A stretch of DNA of 64,000 nucleotides from Escherichia coli (lineage in GTDB: Bacteria > Pseudomonadota > Gammaproteobacteria > Enterobacterales > Enterobacteriaceae). Below, in pieces: positions 1 to 10,781 of the stretch; within the stretch, counting starts at the first letter, position 1, and each line of letters starts with the position of its first letter. The stretch is from NCBI RefSeq assembly GCF_050920415.1, contig NZ_CP169309.1, one strand, 5' to 3'. Under the pieces are notes generated by a model that saw nothing but the letters and a program-made list of their open reading frames with translations, had not been told where the DNA came from and did no database searches. The translations under genes and the position numbers were made by a program.

Positions 1-117
1 AAAGTGTGCGTGCTGGAACAACCCGCAATCAAGGTGTTACCGCTGTCACTGGCGAAAGGGGAGTTAGGTCACCATTACCGCTTCGGCTGGCTGGAGGGGA
101 ACAATGGCAAATCGTAA
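1..117 (+). CDS. napG: NapG ferredoxin-type subunit, 3' end only (gene begins upstream of window)
   Basis: Frame 1 is open from base 1 to TAA at 115-117 (...[10 protein letters not shown]). It overlaps the napH start by 14 nt. Its position fits the napFDAGHBC order. Confidence 0.8.
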
Positions 118-967
118 ACGTGACGCCGGGCGCGAGGCGCTGGAGAAAAAAGGCTGGTGGCGCAGTCACCGTTGGCTGGTGTTGCGTCGCCTTTGTCAGT
201 TCTTCGTGCTGGGGATGTTTTTGAGCGGTCCGTGGTTTGGTGTGTGGATCTTGCACGGCAACTACAGCAGTAGCCTGTTATTCGACACCGTTCCACTGAC
301 CGATCCGCTGATGACGTTGCAAAGTCTTGCCAGCGGTCATCTGCCTGCCACGGTGGCGCTGACCGGTGCGGTGATTATCACCGTGCTCTACGCCCTGGCA
401 GGAAAGCGATTATTTTGCAGCTGGGTCTGCCCGCTGAACCCGATTACCGACTTAGCAAATTGGTTACGCAGACGATTTGACCTCAATCAGTCTGCGACGA
501 TCCCTCGCCACATTCGCTACGTGCTGTTGGTGATCATTCTGGTGGGATCGGCCTTAACTGGCACGCTCATCTGGGAATGGATCAACCCCGTTTCCCTGAT
601 GGGGCGCAGCCTGGTAATGGGATTCGGCAGCGGCGCGCTGCTTATTCTCGCGCTGTTTTTATTTGATCTACTGGTCGTTGAACACGGCTGGTGCGGGCAC
701 ATTTGTCCGGTTGGCGCGCTGTATGGCGTGTTGGGTAGCAAAGGTGTGATTACCGTTGCGGCCACCGATCGGCAGAAATGTAACCGCTGTATGGATTGTT
801 TTCATGTTTGCCCGGAACCGCATGTGCTACGTGCCCCGGTGCTGGATGAACAAAGCCCGGTGCAGGTCACCAGCCGCGATTGCATGACGTGCGGTCGCTG
901 CGTGGATGTCTGTTCTGAGGATGTATTTACAATAACTACACGATGGAGTTCGGGAGCGAAATCATGA
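104..967 (+). CDS. napH: NapH, membrane-bound quinol dehydrogenase Fe-S subunit of periplasmic nitrate reductase
   Basis: 287-aa ORF with TM segments followed by Cys clusters [12 protein letters not shown] and [11 protein letters not shown]. Length and sequence recognised as E. coli NapH. Confidence 0.95.
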
Positions 968-1413
968 AAAGCCATGACCTGAAGAAAGCGCTGTGTCAAT
1001 GGACGGCGATGCTGGCCCTGGTGGTAAGCGGCGCGGTTTGGGCGGCTAATGGCGTCGATTTTAGCCAGTCGCCGGAAGTATCCGGGACGCAGGAAGGGGC
1101 CATTCGGATGCCAAAAGAGCAGGATCGGATGCCGCTGAACTATGTGAATCAGCCGCCAATGATCCCGCATAGCGTTGAAGGTTATCAGGTAACGGCCAAT
1201 ACCAACCGCTGCTTGCAGTGCCACGGTGTCGAAAGCTATCGCACCACTGGCGCGCCGCGCATTAGTCCTACTCACTTTATGGACAGCGACGGCAAAGTGG
1301 GCGCAGAAGTGGCTCCGCGTCGTTATTTCTGTCTGCAATGTCACGTACCGCAGGCCGATACCGCGCCAATCGTGGGGAATACCTTTACCCCATCAAAAGG
1401 TTACGGGAAATAA
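964..1413 (+). CDS. napB: NapB, dihaem cytochrome c subunit of periplasmic nitrate reductase
   Basis: 149 aa from ATG 964 (MKSHDLKK..., signal peptide ending AVWA). Two CLQCH haem motifs. ATGA overlap with the napH stop. Confidence 0.95.
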   Translation: MKSHDLKKALCQWTAMLALVVSGAVWAANGVDFSQSPEVSGTQEGAIRMPKEQDRMPLNYVNQPPMIPHSVEGYQVTANTNRCLQCHGVESYRTTGAPRISPTHFMDSDGKVGAEVAPRRYFCLQCHVPQADTAPIVGNTFTPSKGYGK

Positions 1414-1422
1414 GAGGTTATT

Positions 1423-2025
1423 ATGGGAAATTCTGACCGTAAGCCTGGTCTGATTAAGCGCCTGTGGAAATGGTGGCGTACCCCCAGCCGTCTGGCGCTA
1501 GGGACGCTGCTGTTGATCGGTTTTGTCGGCGGCATCGTTTTCTGGGGCGGCTTTAACACCGGGATGGAAAAAGCCAATACCGAAGAGTTCTGCATTAGCT
1601 GCCACGAAATGCGTAACACGGTGTATCAGGAATACATGGATTCCGTGCACTACAACAACCGTAGCGGCGTCCGTGCGACCTGTCCGGATTGTCACGTTCC
1701 GCACGAGTTTGTGCCGAAGATGATACGCAAGCTCAAAGCAAGTAAAGAGCTGTATGGTAAAATTTTTGGCGTTATTGACACGCCGCAGAAATTTGAAGCT
1801 CATCGCCTGACGATGGCACAGAATGAGTGGCGGCGCATGAAGGACAATAACTCGCAGGAGTGTCGTAACTGTCACAACTTCGAGTATATGGATACAACCG
1901 CCCAGAAATCAGTTGCCGCTAAGATGCACGACCAGGCGGTGAAAGATGGGCAAACCTGTATTGATTGCCATAAAGGGATAGCGCACAAGCTGCCCGATAT
2001 GCGTGAAGTCGAGCCAGGTTTTTAA
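1423..2025 (+). CDS. napC: NapC, tetrahaem NapC/NirT-family quinol dehydrogenase
   Basis: 200 aa with an N-terminal TM segment. Four CxxCH motifs (CISCH, CPDCH, CRNCH, CIDCH). Confidence 0.95.
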   Translation: MGNSDRKPGLIKRLWKWWRTPSRLALGTLLLIGFVGGIVFWGGFNTGMEKANTEEFCISCHEMRNTVYQEYMDSVHYNNRSGVRATCPDCHVPHEFVPKMIRKLKASKELYGKIFGVIDTPQKFEAHRLTMAQNEWRRMKDNNSQECRNCHNFEYMDTTAQKSVAAKMHDQAVKDGQTCIDCHKGIAHKLPDMREVEPGF

Positions 2026-2037
2026 CAGGGTTATTGC

Positions 2038-2661
2038 GTGGGTATGCTTGAAGCCAGAGAGTTACTTTGCGAGCGGGATGAACGAACCTTATTTAGTGGT
2101 TTGTCATTTACGCTGAACGCAGGCGAGTGGGTACAAATCACCGGTAGCAACGGCGCGGGGAAGACAACGCTTCTCCGTTTGCTGACGGGGTTGTCTCGCC
2201 CTGACGCAGGCGAGGTTCTCTGGCAAGGGCAGCCCTTGCATCAGGTACGCGACAGCTACCATCAAAACCTGTTATGGATAGGCCATCAGCCGGGGATCAA
2301 AACCCGGCTGACGGCGTTAGAAAATCTGCACTTTTATCATCGCGATGGCGATACCGCACAATGTCTGGAAGCCCTGGCGCAGGCCGGGCTTGCCGGATTC
2401 GAAGATATTCCGGTAAATCAACTTTCTGCCGGGCAACAACGCCGCGTCGCTTTAGCGCGTCTGTGGCTGACCCGTGCCACGTTATGGATACTCGACGAGC
2501 CTTTTACCGCGATTGACGTTAACGGCGTCGATCGTCTGACCCAGCGTATGGCGCAGCATACGGAGCAGGGGGGGACTGTGATTCTGACTACCCACCAGCC
2601 GCTCAACGTTACTGAAAGTAAAATCCGCCGCATTTCACTGACGAAAACGAGGGCCGAATAA
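2038..2661 (+). CDS. ccmA: CcmA, haem exporter ATP-binding protein
   Basis: 207 aa from GTG. Walker A GSNGAGKT, signature LSAGQQRR, Walker B LWILDEP. Confidence 0.93.
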   Translation: MGMLEARELLCERDERTLFSGLSFTLNAGEWVQITGSNGAGKTTLLRLLTGLSRPDAGEVLWQGQPLHQVRDSYHQNLLWIGHQPGIKTRLTALENLHFYHRDGDTAQCLEALAQAGLAGFEDIPVNQLSAGQQRRVALARLWLTRATLWILDEPFTAIDVNGVDRLTQRMAQHTEQGGTVILTTHQPLNVTESKIRRISLTKTRAE

Positions 2662-3320
2662 TGTTCTGGCGAATTTTCCGTCTTGAACTGCGCGTGGCGT
2701 TTCGTCATAGCGCCGAAATCGCTAACCCGCTGTGGTTCTTCCTGATTGTTATTACCCTTTTTCCGCTCAGTATCGGTCCGGAGCCGCAACTGCTGGCGCG
2801 TATTGCCCCTGGCATTATCTGGGTTGCCGCGCTGCTTTCATCCTTGCTGGCACTGGAACGACTGTTCCGTGACGATTTGCAGGACGGCAGTCTTGAACAA
2901 TTGATGTTGTTGCCGTTACCCTTGCCCGCCGTTGTGCTGGCGAAGGTGATGGCGCACTGGATGGTAACCGGTCTGCCGTTACTCATCCTTTCGCCTCTGG
3001 TAGCAATGCTACTGGGAATGGATGTTTATGGCTGGCAAGTGATGGCGCTGACGCTGCTGCTGGGAACCCCAACGCTTGGTTTTCTCGGTGCACCGGGCGT
3101 GGCGCTGACAGTGGGACTTAAACGCGGTGGTGTGCTGCTCAGCATACTGGTGTTACCGCTGACTATCCCATTACTCATCTTTGCCACCGCCGCGATGGAC
3201 GCGGCTTCGATGCATTTGCCCGTTGACGGGTATCTGGCAATTTTAGGCGCGTTGCTGGCAGGCACCGCGACATTAAGTCCTTTTGCGACGGCGGCAGCGT
3301 TACGAATCAGCATTCAATAA
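2661..3320 (+). CDS. ccmB: CcmB, haem exporter membrane protein
   Basis: 219-aa polytopic membrane ORF. TAATG overlap with ccmA. Fits ccm operon order. Confidence 0.93.
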   Translation: MFWRIFRLELRVAFRHSAEIANPLWFFLIVITLFPLSIGPEPQLLARIAPGIIWVAALLSSLLALERLFRDDLQDGSLEQLMLLPLPLPAVVLAKVMAHWMVTGLPLLILSPLVAMLLGMDVYGWQVMALTLLLGTPTLGFLGAPGVALTVGLKRGGVLLSILVLPLTIPLLIFATAAMDAASMHLPVDGYLAILGALLAGTATLSPFATAAALRISIQ

Positions 3321-3361
3321 CGCTGGATTACTGATTTTTGTTCGAGTCTGGTATCGAAACT

Positions 3362-4099
3362 ATGTGGAAAACACTGCATCAACTGGCGATCCCACCACGG
3401 CTGTATCAAATCTGTGGCTGGTTTATACCGTGGCTGGCAATTGCCAGTGTGGTCGTGCTTACCGTCGGCTGGGTCTGGGGATTCGGCTTTGCTCCGGCTG
3501 ATTATCAGCAGGGAAATAGCTATCGCATTATCTACCTGCATGTGCCTACGGCGATCTGGTCGATGGGCATTTATGCATCAATGGCGGTGGCGGCGTTTAT
3601 TGGCCTTGTCTGGCAGATGAAAATGGCTAACCTGGCGGTCGCGGCGATGGCTCCCATTGGTGCCGTGTTTACCTTTATTGCCCTTGTCACCGGCTCTGCA
3701 TGGGGAAAACCGATGTGGGGCACCTGGTGGGTATGGGACGCACGTCTGACTTCTGAACTGGTGCTGCTGTTTCTGTATGTTGGTGTGATTGCCCTGTGGC
3801 ACGCCTTCGACGACCGCCGTCTGGCGGGCCGAGCGGCAGGTATTCTGGTGCTGATTGGCGTGGTGAACCTGCCGATTATTCATTACTCCGTGGAGTGGTG
3901 GAACACCCTGCATCAGGGATCAACGCGGATGCAGCAAAGTATCGATCCGGCGATGCGTTCGCCGCTGCGCTGGTCGATTTTTGGCTTCCTGCTGCTGTCT
4001 GCCACGCTGACGCTGATGCGGATGCGTAATTTAATTTTGCTGATGGAAAAACGCCGTCCGTGGGTGAGTGAACTGATACTGAAAAGAGGCCGTAAATGA
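3362..4099 (+). CDS. ccmC: CcmC, haem lyase/haem delivery protein
   Basis: 245 aa from ATG 3362 (MWKTLHQL...). Trp-rich haem-handling motif WGTWWVWD. The ORF track extends to 3338, but the K-12-length start is at 3362. Confidence 0.92.
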   Translation: MWKTLHQLAIPPRLYQICGWFIPWLAIASVVVLTVGWVWGFGFAPADYQQGNSYRIIYLHVPTAIWSMGIYASMAVAAFIGLVWQMKMANLAVAAMAPIGAVFTFIALVTGSAWGKPMWGTWWVWDARLTSELVLLFLYVGVIALWHAFDDRRLAGRAAGILVLIGVVNLPIIHYSVEWWNTLHQGSTRMQQSIDPAMRSPLRWSIFGFLLLSATLTLMRMRNLILLMEKRRPWVSELILKRGRK

Positions 4100-4305
4100 C
4101 CCCTGCATTTGCTTCCTGGAATGAATTTTTCGCAATGGGCGGTTACGCCTTTTTTGTCTGGCTGGCGGTGGTGATGACCGTTATTCCGCTGGTGGTTTTG
4201 GTCGTGCACTCCGTGTTGCAGCATCGCGCAATTCTGCGTGGCGTGGCGCAACAGCGGGCGCGTGAGGCGCGTTTACGTGCTGCGCAACAGCAGGAGGCTG
4301 CATGA
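4096..4305 (+). CDS. ccmD: CcmD, small haem exporter membrane protein
   Basis: 69 aa with a single TM segment. 4-nt overlaps with both ccmC and ccmE. Confidence 0.9.
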   Translation: MTPAFASWNEFFAMGGYAFFVWLAVVMTVIPLVVLVVHSVLQHRAILRGVAQQRAREARLRAAQQQEAA

Positions 4306-4781
4306 ATATTCGCCGTAAAAACCGTTTGTGGATTGCCTGTGCCGTGCTGGCGGGGCTGGCGCTGACTATCGGCCTGGTATTGTATGCGCTGCGCTCGAAT
4401 ATCGATCTTTTTTATACGCCGGGGGAAATTCTCTACGGCAAGCGTGAAACTCAACAGATGCCGGAAGTCGGTCAGCGTCTGCGCGTTGGCGGGATGGTAA
4501 TGCCGGGTAGCGTGCAGCGCGATCCCAATTCGCTAAAAGTAACGTTCACTATTTACGACGCTGAAGGTTCAGTAGATGTCTCTTACGAAGGCATTTTGCC
4601 GGATCTGTTCCGTGAAGGGCAGGGCGTTGTGGTGCAGGGCGAACTGGAAAAAGGCAATCATATCCTTGCGAAAGAAGTACTGGCGAAACACGATGAAAAC
4701 TACACGCCGCCAGAAGTCGAGAAAGCGATGGAAGCTAATCACCGTCGCCCGACGAGTGTTTATAAGGGCCCAGCATCATGA
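4302..4781 (+). CDS. ccmE: CcmE, periplasmic haem chaperone
   Basis: 159 aa with an N-terminal anchor. [13 protein letters not shown] haem-binding His motif. Confidence 0.95.
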   Translation: MNIRRKNRLWIACAVLAGLALTIGLVLYALRSNIDLFYTPGEILYGKRETQQMPEVGQRLRVGGMVMPGSVQRDPNSLKVTFTIYDAEGSVDVSYEGILPDLFREGQGVVVQGELEKGNHILAKEVLAKHDENYTPPEVEKAMEANHRRPTSVYKGPAS

Positions 4782-6721
4782 TGCCAGAAATTGGTAACGG
4801 ACTGCTGTGCCTGGCGCTAGGAATTGCGCTGTTGCTGTCCGTGTATCCGCTATGGGGCGTGGCGCGCGGGGATGCGCGCATGATGGCTTCTTCGCGCTTG
4901 TTTGCCTGGCTGCTATTTATGTCTGTGGCTGGCGCATTTCTGGTGCTGGTCAATGCTTTCGTGGTGAATGACTTTACTGTCACCTATGTTGCCAGCAACT
5001 CCAATACCCAGCTTCCGGTGTGGTATCGCGTGGCGGCAACCTGGGGTGCGCATGAAGGCTCGCTACTGCTGTGGGTGCTGCTGATGAGCGGCTGGACCTT
5101 TGCGGTGGCGATTTTTAGTCAGCGTATTCCGCTGGATATTGTGGCCCGTGTACTGGCGATAATGGGGATGGTCAGTGTCGGCTTTTTGCTGTTCATTCTC
5201 TTTACCTCTAACCCGTTCTCACGCACGTTGCCAAACTTCCCGATTGAAGGGCGCGATCTTAACCCGCTGTTGCAGGATCCAGGGCTGATCTTCCACCCGC
5301 CCCTGCTCTATATGGGGTACGTCGGTTTCTCGGTGGCGTTTGCTTTTGCCATTGCTTCTTTGCTGAGTGGTCGTCTGGACAGCACTTACGCACGCTTTAC
5401 CCGTCCGTGGACGTTGGCCGCGTGGATTTTCCTGACGCTCGGCATTGTGCTCGGTTCCGCATGGGCCTATTACGAACTCGGCTGGGGCGGCTGGTGGTTC
5501 TGGGATCCGGTAGAAAACGCCTCGTTTATGCCGTGGTTGGTGGGTACTGCGCTGATGCACTCGCTAGCGGTCACTGAACAACGCGCCAGCTTCAAAGCGT
5601 GGACATTACTGCTGGCAATCAGTGCCTTCTCGTTGTGTCTGTTGGGGACTTTCCTCGTGCGTTCCGGCGTGCTGGTATCGGTACACGCGTTTGCGTCTGA
5701 TCCGGCGCGCGGTATGTTTATCCTCGCTTTTATGGTGCTGGTGATTGGCGGTTCGCTGCTGCTGTTTGCCGCGCGTGGACACAAAGTTCGCTCACGCGTA
5801 AACAATGCGCTGTGGTCGCGGGAATCTCTGCTGTTAGCGAACAACGTTTTGCTGGTCGCCGCAATGCTGGTGGTATTGCTGGGGACGCTGCTGCCGCTGG
5901 TGCACAAGCAACTGGGACTGGGCAGCATTTCGATTGGCGAACCGTTCTTCAACACCATGTTTACCTGGCTGATGGTGCCGTTTGCGCTACTGCTGGGTGT
6001 CGGTCCTCTGGTGCGCTGGGGGCGCGATCGCCCACGTAAAATCCGCAATTTATTGATTATCGCCTTCATCTCTACGCTGGTGCTGTCTCTGCTGTTGCCG
6101 TGGCTGTTCGAAAGCAAAGTTGTGGCGATGACGGTGCTCGGCCTGGCAATGGCCTGCTGGATTGCGGTGCTGGCAATTGCGGAAGCTGCGCTGCGTATTT
6201 CACGCGGCACGAAAACCACCTTTAGTTATTGGGGCATGGTGGCGGCTCACCTGGGGCTGGCGGTAACAATTGTTGGTATTGCCTTTAGCCAGAACTATAG
6301 CGTTGAGCGTGATGTGCGCATGAAGTCCGGTGATAGCGTCGATATTCATGAATATCGCTTCACCTTCCGTGATGTCAAAGAAGTGACTGGTCCGAACTGG
6401 CGTGGCGGTGTGGCGACTATCGGCGTAACGCGAGAGGGTAAACCGGAAACGGTGCTGTATGCGGAAAAACGTTATTACAACACTGCCGGGTCGATGATGA
6501 CCGAAGCGGCGATTGACGGTGGCATCACGCGTGACCTGTACGCAGCGCTCGGTGAAGAGTTGGAAAACGGCGCGTGGGCTGTGCGTCTTTACTACAAACC
6601 GTTTGTTCGCTGGATTTGGGCGGGCGGGCTGATGATGGCGTTGGGCGGGCTGCTGTGCCTGTTTGATCCTCGCTATCGTAAGCGCGTGAACCCGCAGAAA
6701 ACTGCGCCGGAGGCTGTATGA
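4778..6721 (+). CDS. ccmF: CcmF, cytochrome c haem lyase subunit
   Basis: 647-aa polytopic [15 protein letters not shown] motif. 4-nt overlaps with both neighbours. Confidence 0.95.
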   Translation: MMPEIGNGLLCLALGIALLLSVYPLWGVARGDARMMASSRLFAWLLFMSVAGAFLVLVNAFVVNDFTVTYVASNSNTQLPVWYRVAATWGAHEGSLLLWVLLMSGWTFAVAIFSQRIPLDIVARVLAIMGMVSVGFLLFILFTSNPFSRTLPNFPIEGRDLNPLLQDPGLIFHPPLLYMGYVGFSVAFAFAIASLLSGRLDSTYARFTRPWTLAAWIFLTLGIVLGSAWAYYELGWGGWWFWDPVENASFMPWLVGTALMHSLAVTEQRASFKAWTLLLAISAFSLCLLGTFLVRSGVLVSVHAFASDPARGMFILAFMVLVIGGSLLLFAARGHKVRSRVNNALWSRESLLLANNVLLVAAMLVVLLGTLLPLVHKQLGLGSISIGEPFFNTMFTWLMVPFALLLGVGPLVRWGRDRPRKIRNLLIIAFISTLVLSLLLPWLFESKVVAMTVLGLAMACWIAVLAIAEAALRISRGTKTTFSYWGMVAAHLGLAVTIVGIAFSQNYSVERDVRMKSGDSVDIHEYRFTFRDVKEVTGPNWRGGVATIGVTREGKPETVLYAEKRYYNTAGSMMTEAAIDGGITRDLYAALGEELENGAWAVRLYYKPFVRWIWAGGLMMALGGLLCLFDPRYRKRVNPQKTAPEAV

Positions 6722-7275
6722 AGCGCAACGTATTGTTAATTCCTTTGATTATCTTCCTGGCGATTGCCGCGGCGTTGCTGTGGCAGCTGGCACGTAATGC
6801 CGAAGGGGATGATCCGACCAATCTGGAATCGGCGCTCATTGGCAAGCCGGTGCCAAAGTTTCGCCTCGAATCACTGGACAATCCGGGGCAGTTTTATCAG
6901 GCGGATGTGCTGACTCAGGGCAAACCAGTGCTGCTTAACGTCTGGGCGACCTGGTGTCCGACCTGCCGTGCGGAACATCAATATCTGAATCAGCTTTCTG
7001 CGCAGGGCATCCGCGTGGTCGGCATGAACTATAAAGACGATCGCCAGAAGGCAATCAACTGGCTGAAGGAGCTGGGCAATCCTTACGCGTTAAGCCTGTT
7101 TGATGGCGACGGCATGTTAGGGCTGGATCTCGGTGTCTATGGCGCGCCAGAAACGTTCCTCATCGACGGCAACGGCATCATTCGCTATCGCCATGCGGGT
7201 GATCTCAATCCCCGCGTCTGGGAAGAAGAGATCAAGCCGTTGTGGGAGAAATACAGTAAGGAGGCCGCACAATGA
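6718..7275 (+). CDS. ccmG: CcmG/DsbE, thiol:disulfide interchange protein
   Basis: 185 aa with an N-terminal anchor. Thioredoxin active site WCPTC. Confidence 0.95.
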   Translation: MKRNVLLIPLIIFLAIAAALLWQLARNAEGDDPTNLESALIGKPVPKFRLESLDNPGQFYQADVLTQGKPVLLNVWATWCPTCRAEHQYLNQLSAQGIRVVGMNYKDDRQKAINWLKELGNPYALSLFDGDGMLGLDLGVYGAPETFLIDGNGIIRYRHAGDLNPRVWEEEIKPLWEKYSKEAAQ

Positions 7276-8324
7276 GGTTTTTATTGGGCGTGCTGATGCT
7301 GATGATCTCCGGCTCAGCGCTGGCGACCATCGACGTGTTGCAGTTTAAAGATGAAGCACAGGAACAACAGTTTCGTCAGCTTACTGAAGAACTGCGCTGC
7401 CCGAAATGCCAGAATAACAGCATTGCCGATTCCAACTCGATGATTGCCACCGACCTGCGCCAGAAAGTGTACGAACTGATGCAGGAAGGTAAAAGTAAGA
7501 AAGAGATTGTCGATTATATGGTGGCGCGCTATGGCAACTTCGTCACTTACGATCCGCCGTTAACGCCGCTGACCGTTCTGCTGTGGGTGCTACCGGTAGT
7601 CGCTATTGGCATTGGCGGTTGGGTTATTTACTCCCGCTCGCGGCGTCGGGTACGCGTGGTGCAGGAAGAGTTTCCTGAACAAAGCGTGCCGGAAGGTAAG
7701 CGTGCCGGATATGTTGTTTATCTGCCGGGTATTGTGGTGGCGTTAATTGTGGCTGGCGTCAGCTACTACCAGACCGGCAATTATCAGCAGGTGAAAATTT
7801 GGCAGCAGGCCACGGCTCAGGCGCCGGCGTTATTGGACAGGGCGCTGGATCCGAAAGCTGAGCCGCTCAACGAAGAAGAGATGTCCCGCCTTGCGCTGGG
7901 GATGCGTACTCAACTGCAAAAAAATCCGGGAGATATAGAAGGCTGGATTATGTTGGGCCGCGTTGGCATGGCGCTGGGTAACGCCAGTATTGCCACCGAT
8001 GCATACGCCACTGCGTATCGCCTCGATCCGAAGAACAGCGATGCTGCACTGGGATACGCTGAAGCGTTGACACGTTCATCTGATCCCAACGACAACCGCC
8101 TGGGTGGTGAACTGCTACGCCAGTTGGTGAGAACGGACCATAGCAATATCCGTGTGTTAAGCATGTATGCGTTTAATGCCTTTGAGCAGCAGCGATTTGG
8201 CGAAGCCGTTGCCGCGTGGGAGATGATGTTGAAACTCTTACCTGCCAACGATACTCGCCGTGCGGTGATTGAACGCAGTATCGCGCAGGCGATGCAACAT
8301 TTATCACCACAGGAGAGTAAATAA
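7272..8324 (+). CDS. ccmH: CcmH, cytochrome c maturation protein (CcmH-CcmI fusion type)
   Basis: 350 aa with LRCPKC motif, TM segments and a TPR-like C-terminal half. Confidence 0.95.
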   Translation: MRFLLGVLMLMISGSALATIDVLQFKDEAQEQQFRQLTEELRCPKCQNNSIADSNSMIATDLRQKVYELMQEGKSKKEIVDYMVARYGNFVTYDPPLTPLTVLLWVLPVVAIGIGGWVIYSRSRRRVRVVQEEFPEQSVPEGKRAGYVVYLPGIVVALIVAGVSYYQTGNYQQVKIWQQATAQAPALLDRALDPKAEPLNEEEMSRLALGMRTQLQKNPGDIEGWIMLGRVGMALGNASIATDAYATAYRLDPKNSDAALGYAEALTRSSDPNDNRLGGELLRQLVRTDHSNIRVLSMYAFNAFEQQRFGEAVAAWEMMLKLLPANDTRRAVIERSIAQAMQHLSPQESK

Positions 8325-8383
8325 GAACAAGCCCGATGGTGATGCCATCGGGCCAGACTGATGGCAAAGTGCGCTTTGTTTAT

Positions 8384-8417
8384 GCCAGATGCGGCGTAAA
8401 CGCCTTATTCAGCCTAC
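8384..8417. repeat. REP (repetitive extragenic palindrome) unit
   Basis: GCCAGATGCGGCGTAAACGCCTTATTCAGCCTAC forms an imperfect palindrome of the canonical E. coli REP type, downstream of ccmH. Confidence 0.8.
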
Positions 8418-8512
8418 AAAATCGTGCGAACTCAATACATTGCTCGATCCGCGTAGATACTGTTATGGCCTGCAAGTTTTTTTCTACCCTGGTTTCCCAG
8501 ATTGCAGGCATG

Positions 8513-9763
<1,251 letters not shown>

Positions 9764-9784
9764 TTTGCGTTTGTCATCAATATC

Positions 9785-9817
9785 AGCCCGAGGGTAAATC
9801 CATCGGGCTATTTTTTT
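9785..9817 (+). terminator. Rho-independent terminator, probably the native ccm operon terminator, now separated from ccmH by IS621
   Basis: Stem AGCCCGA (9785-9791) pairs with TCGGGCT (9803-9809), followed by a T7 run. Confidence 0.6.
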
Positions 9818-10463
9818 ATTGTGCCCCACGTTGTTGCAGGAACAGAATGGTGGCCGCCACGCGTGAGCGGACATTGAGTTTACGCAGCAGATTGCGAATG
9901 TGTACTTTTACTGTCTGCTCGGAAATATTCAACACCGCGGCAATCTGTTTATTTGACAGTCCCTGTGCCAGCTCGTGCAGAACATCCAGCTCGCGCTCCG
10001 TCAGCACGCTGAAGGGATCTTCTTCCGCGCCAAACATTTCACGTTCACGTAAGTACTGATTGACGCGTTCGCTAAAGACTTTGCTGCCTTTCGCTCCGGC
10101 ACGAATCGCTTCCAGCAACACTTCCGGGTCGCTGTCTTTCAACAGATAACCGTCTGCGCCTGCGTCTATCAGCGCAAAGACATCGCTGGAGGCATCTGAT
10201 ACGGTCAGGATAATAATTTGCGCGGTAACGCCATCCCTGCGCAAGGCATTGAGGGTATCCAGGCCACTCATACCTTTCATATTGAGATCCAGCAAGATCA
10301 CGTCGATATCCAGTCTATTCGCCAGATCGATAGCACTTGCGCCGTCGCCCGCTTCGGCGACCACTTCAAAGCCAGGATCAAGTTCCAGTAACTGACGAAC
10401 ACCGCGTCGCATAAGTGGATGATCATCCACAATCATCACCTGAAAAGGCGTTGCTTCAGGCAT
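9816..10463 (-). CDS. narP: NarP, nitrate/nitrite response regulator
   Basis: 215 aa from MPEATPFQVMIVDDHPLMRRG... Receiver domain plus LuxR-type HTH. The ORF track extends 10 codons further upstream. Confidence 0.95.
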   Translation of the reverse strand: MPEATPFQVMIVDDHPLMRRGVRQLLELDPGFEVVAEAGDGASAIDLANRLDIDVILLDLNMKGMSGLDTLNALRRDGVTAQIIILTVSDASSDVFALIDAGADGYLLKDSDPEVLLEAIRAGAKGSKVFSERVNQYLREREMFGAEEDPFSVLTERELDVLHELAQGLSNKQIAAVLNISEQTVKVHIRNLLRKLNVRSRVAATILFLQQRGAQ

Positions 10464-10781
10464 AGTAGTCTCCTGAGGTTTTATTAGAATCATTATGTTT
10501 GAGCGTAGCGTTGGAAACGCTACCAGGCGCGTGAATGTTACCCCATTTTATGTATGGACATGTAGTGAAAAGTACAGCTCAGTAGTTCACCCTCGCATCA
10601 TTTTCATTATAAATATGGAATTTTGCATCAACTTCCCATCAAGAAAAACAACTAAAAAATCAATCACAATACATGTGCATTTCTTTAAACAGTTTTTAAA
10701 AACTGACTCCGGGTATGGCGCTATGGGTATTTTCAGTACCCAATGCTTTTACAGCAATTAATTTCATAGGATGAAAGATTA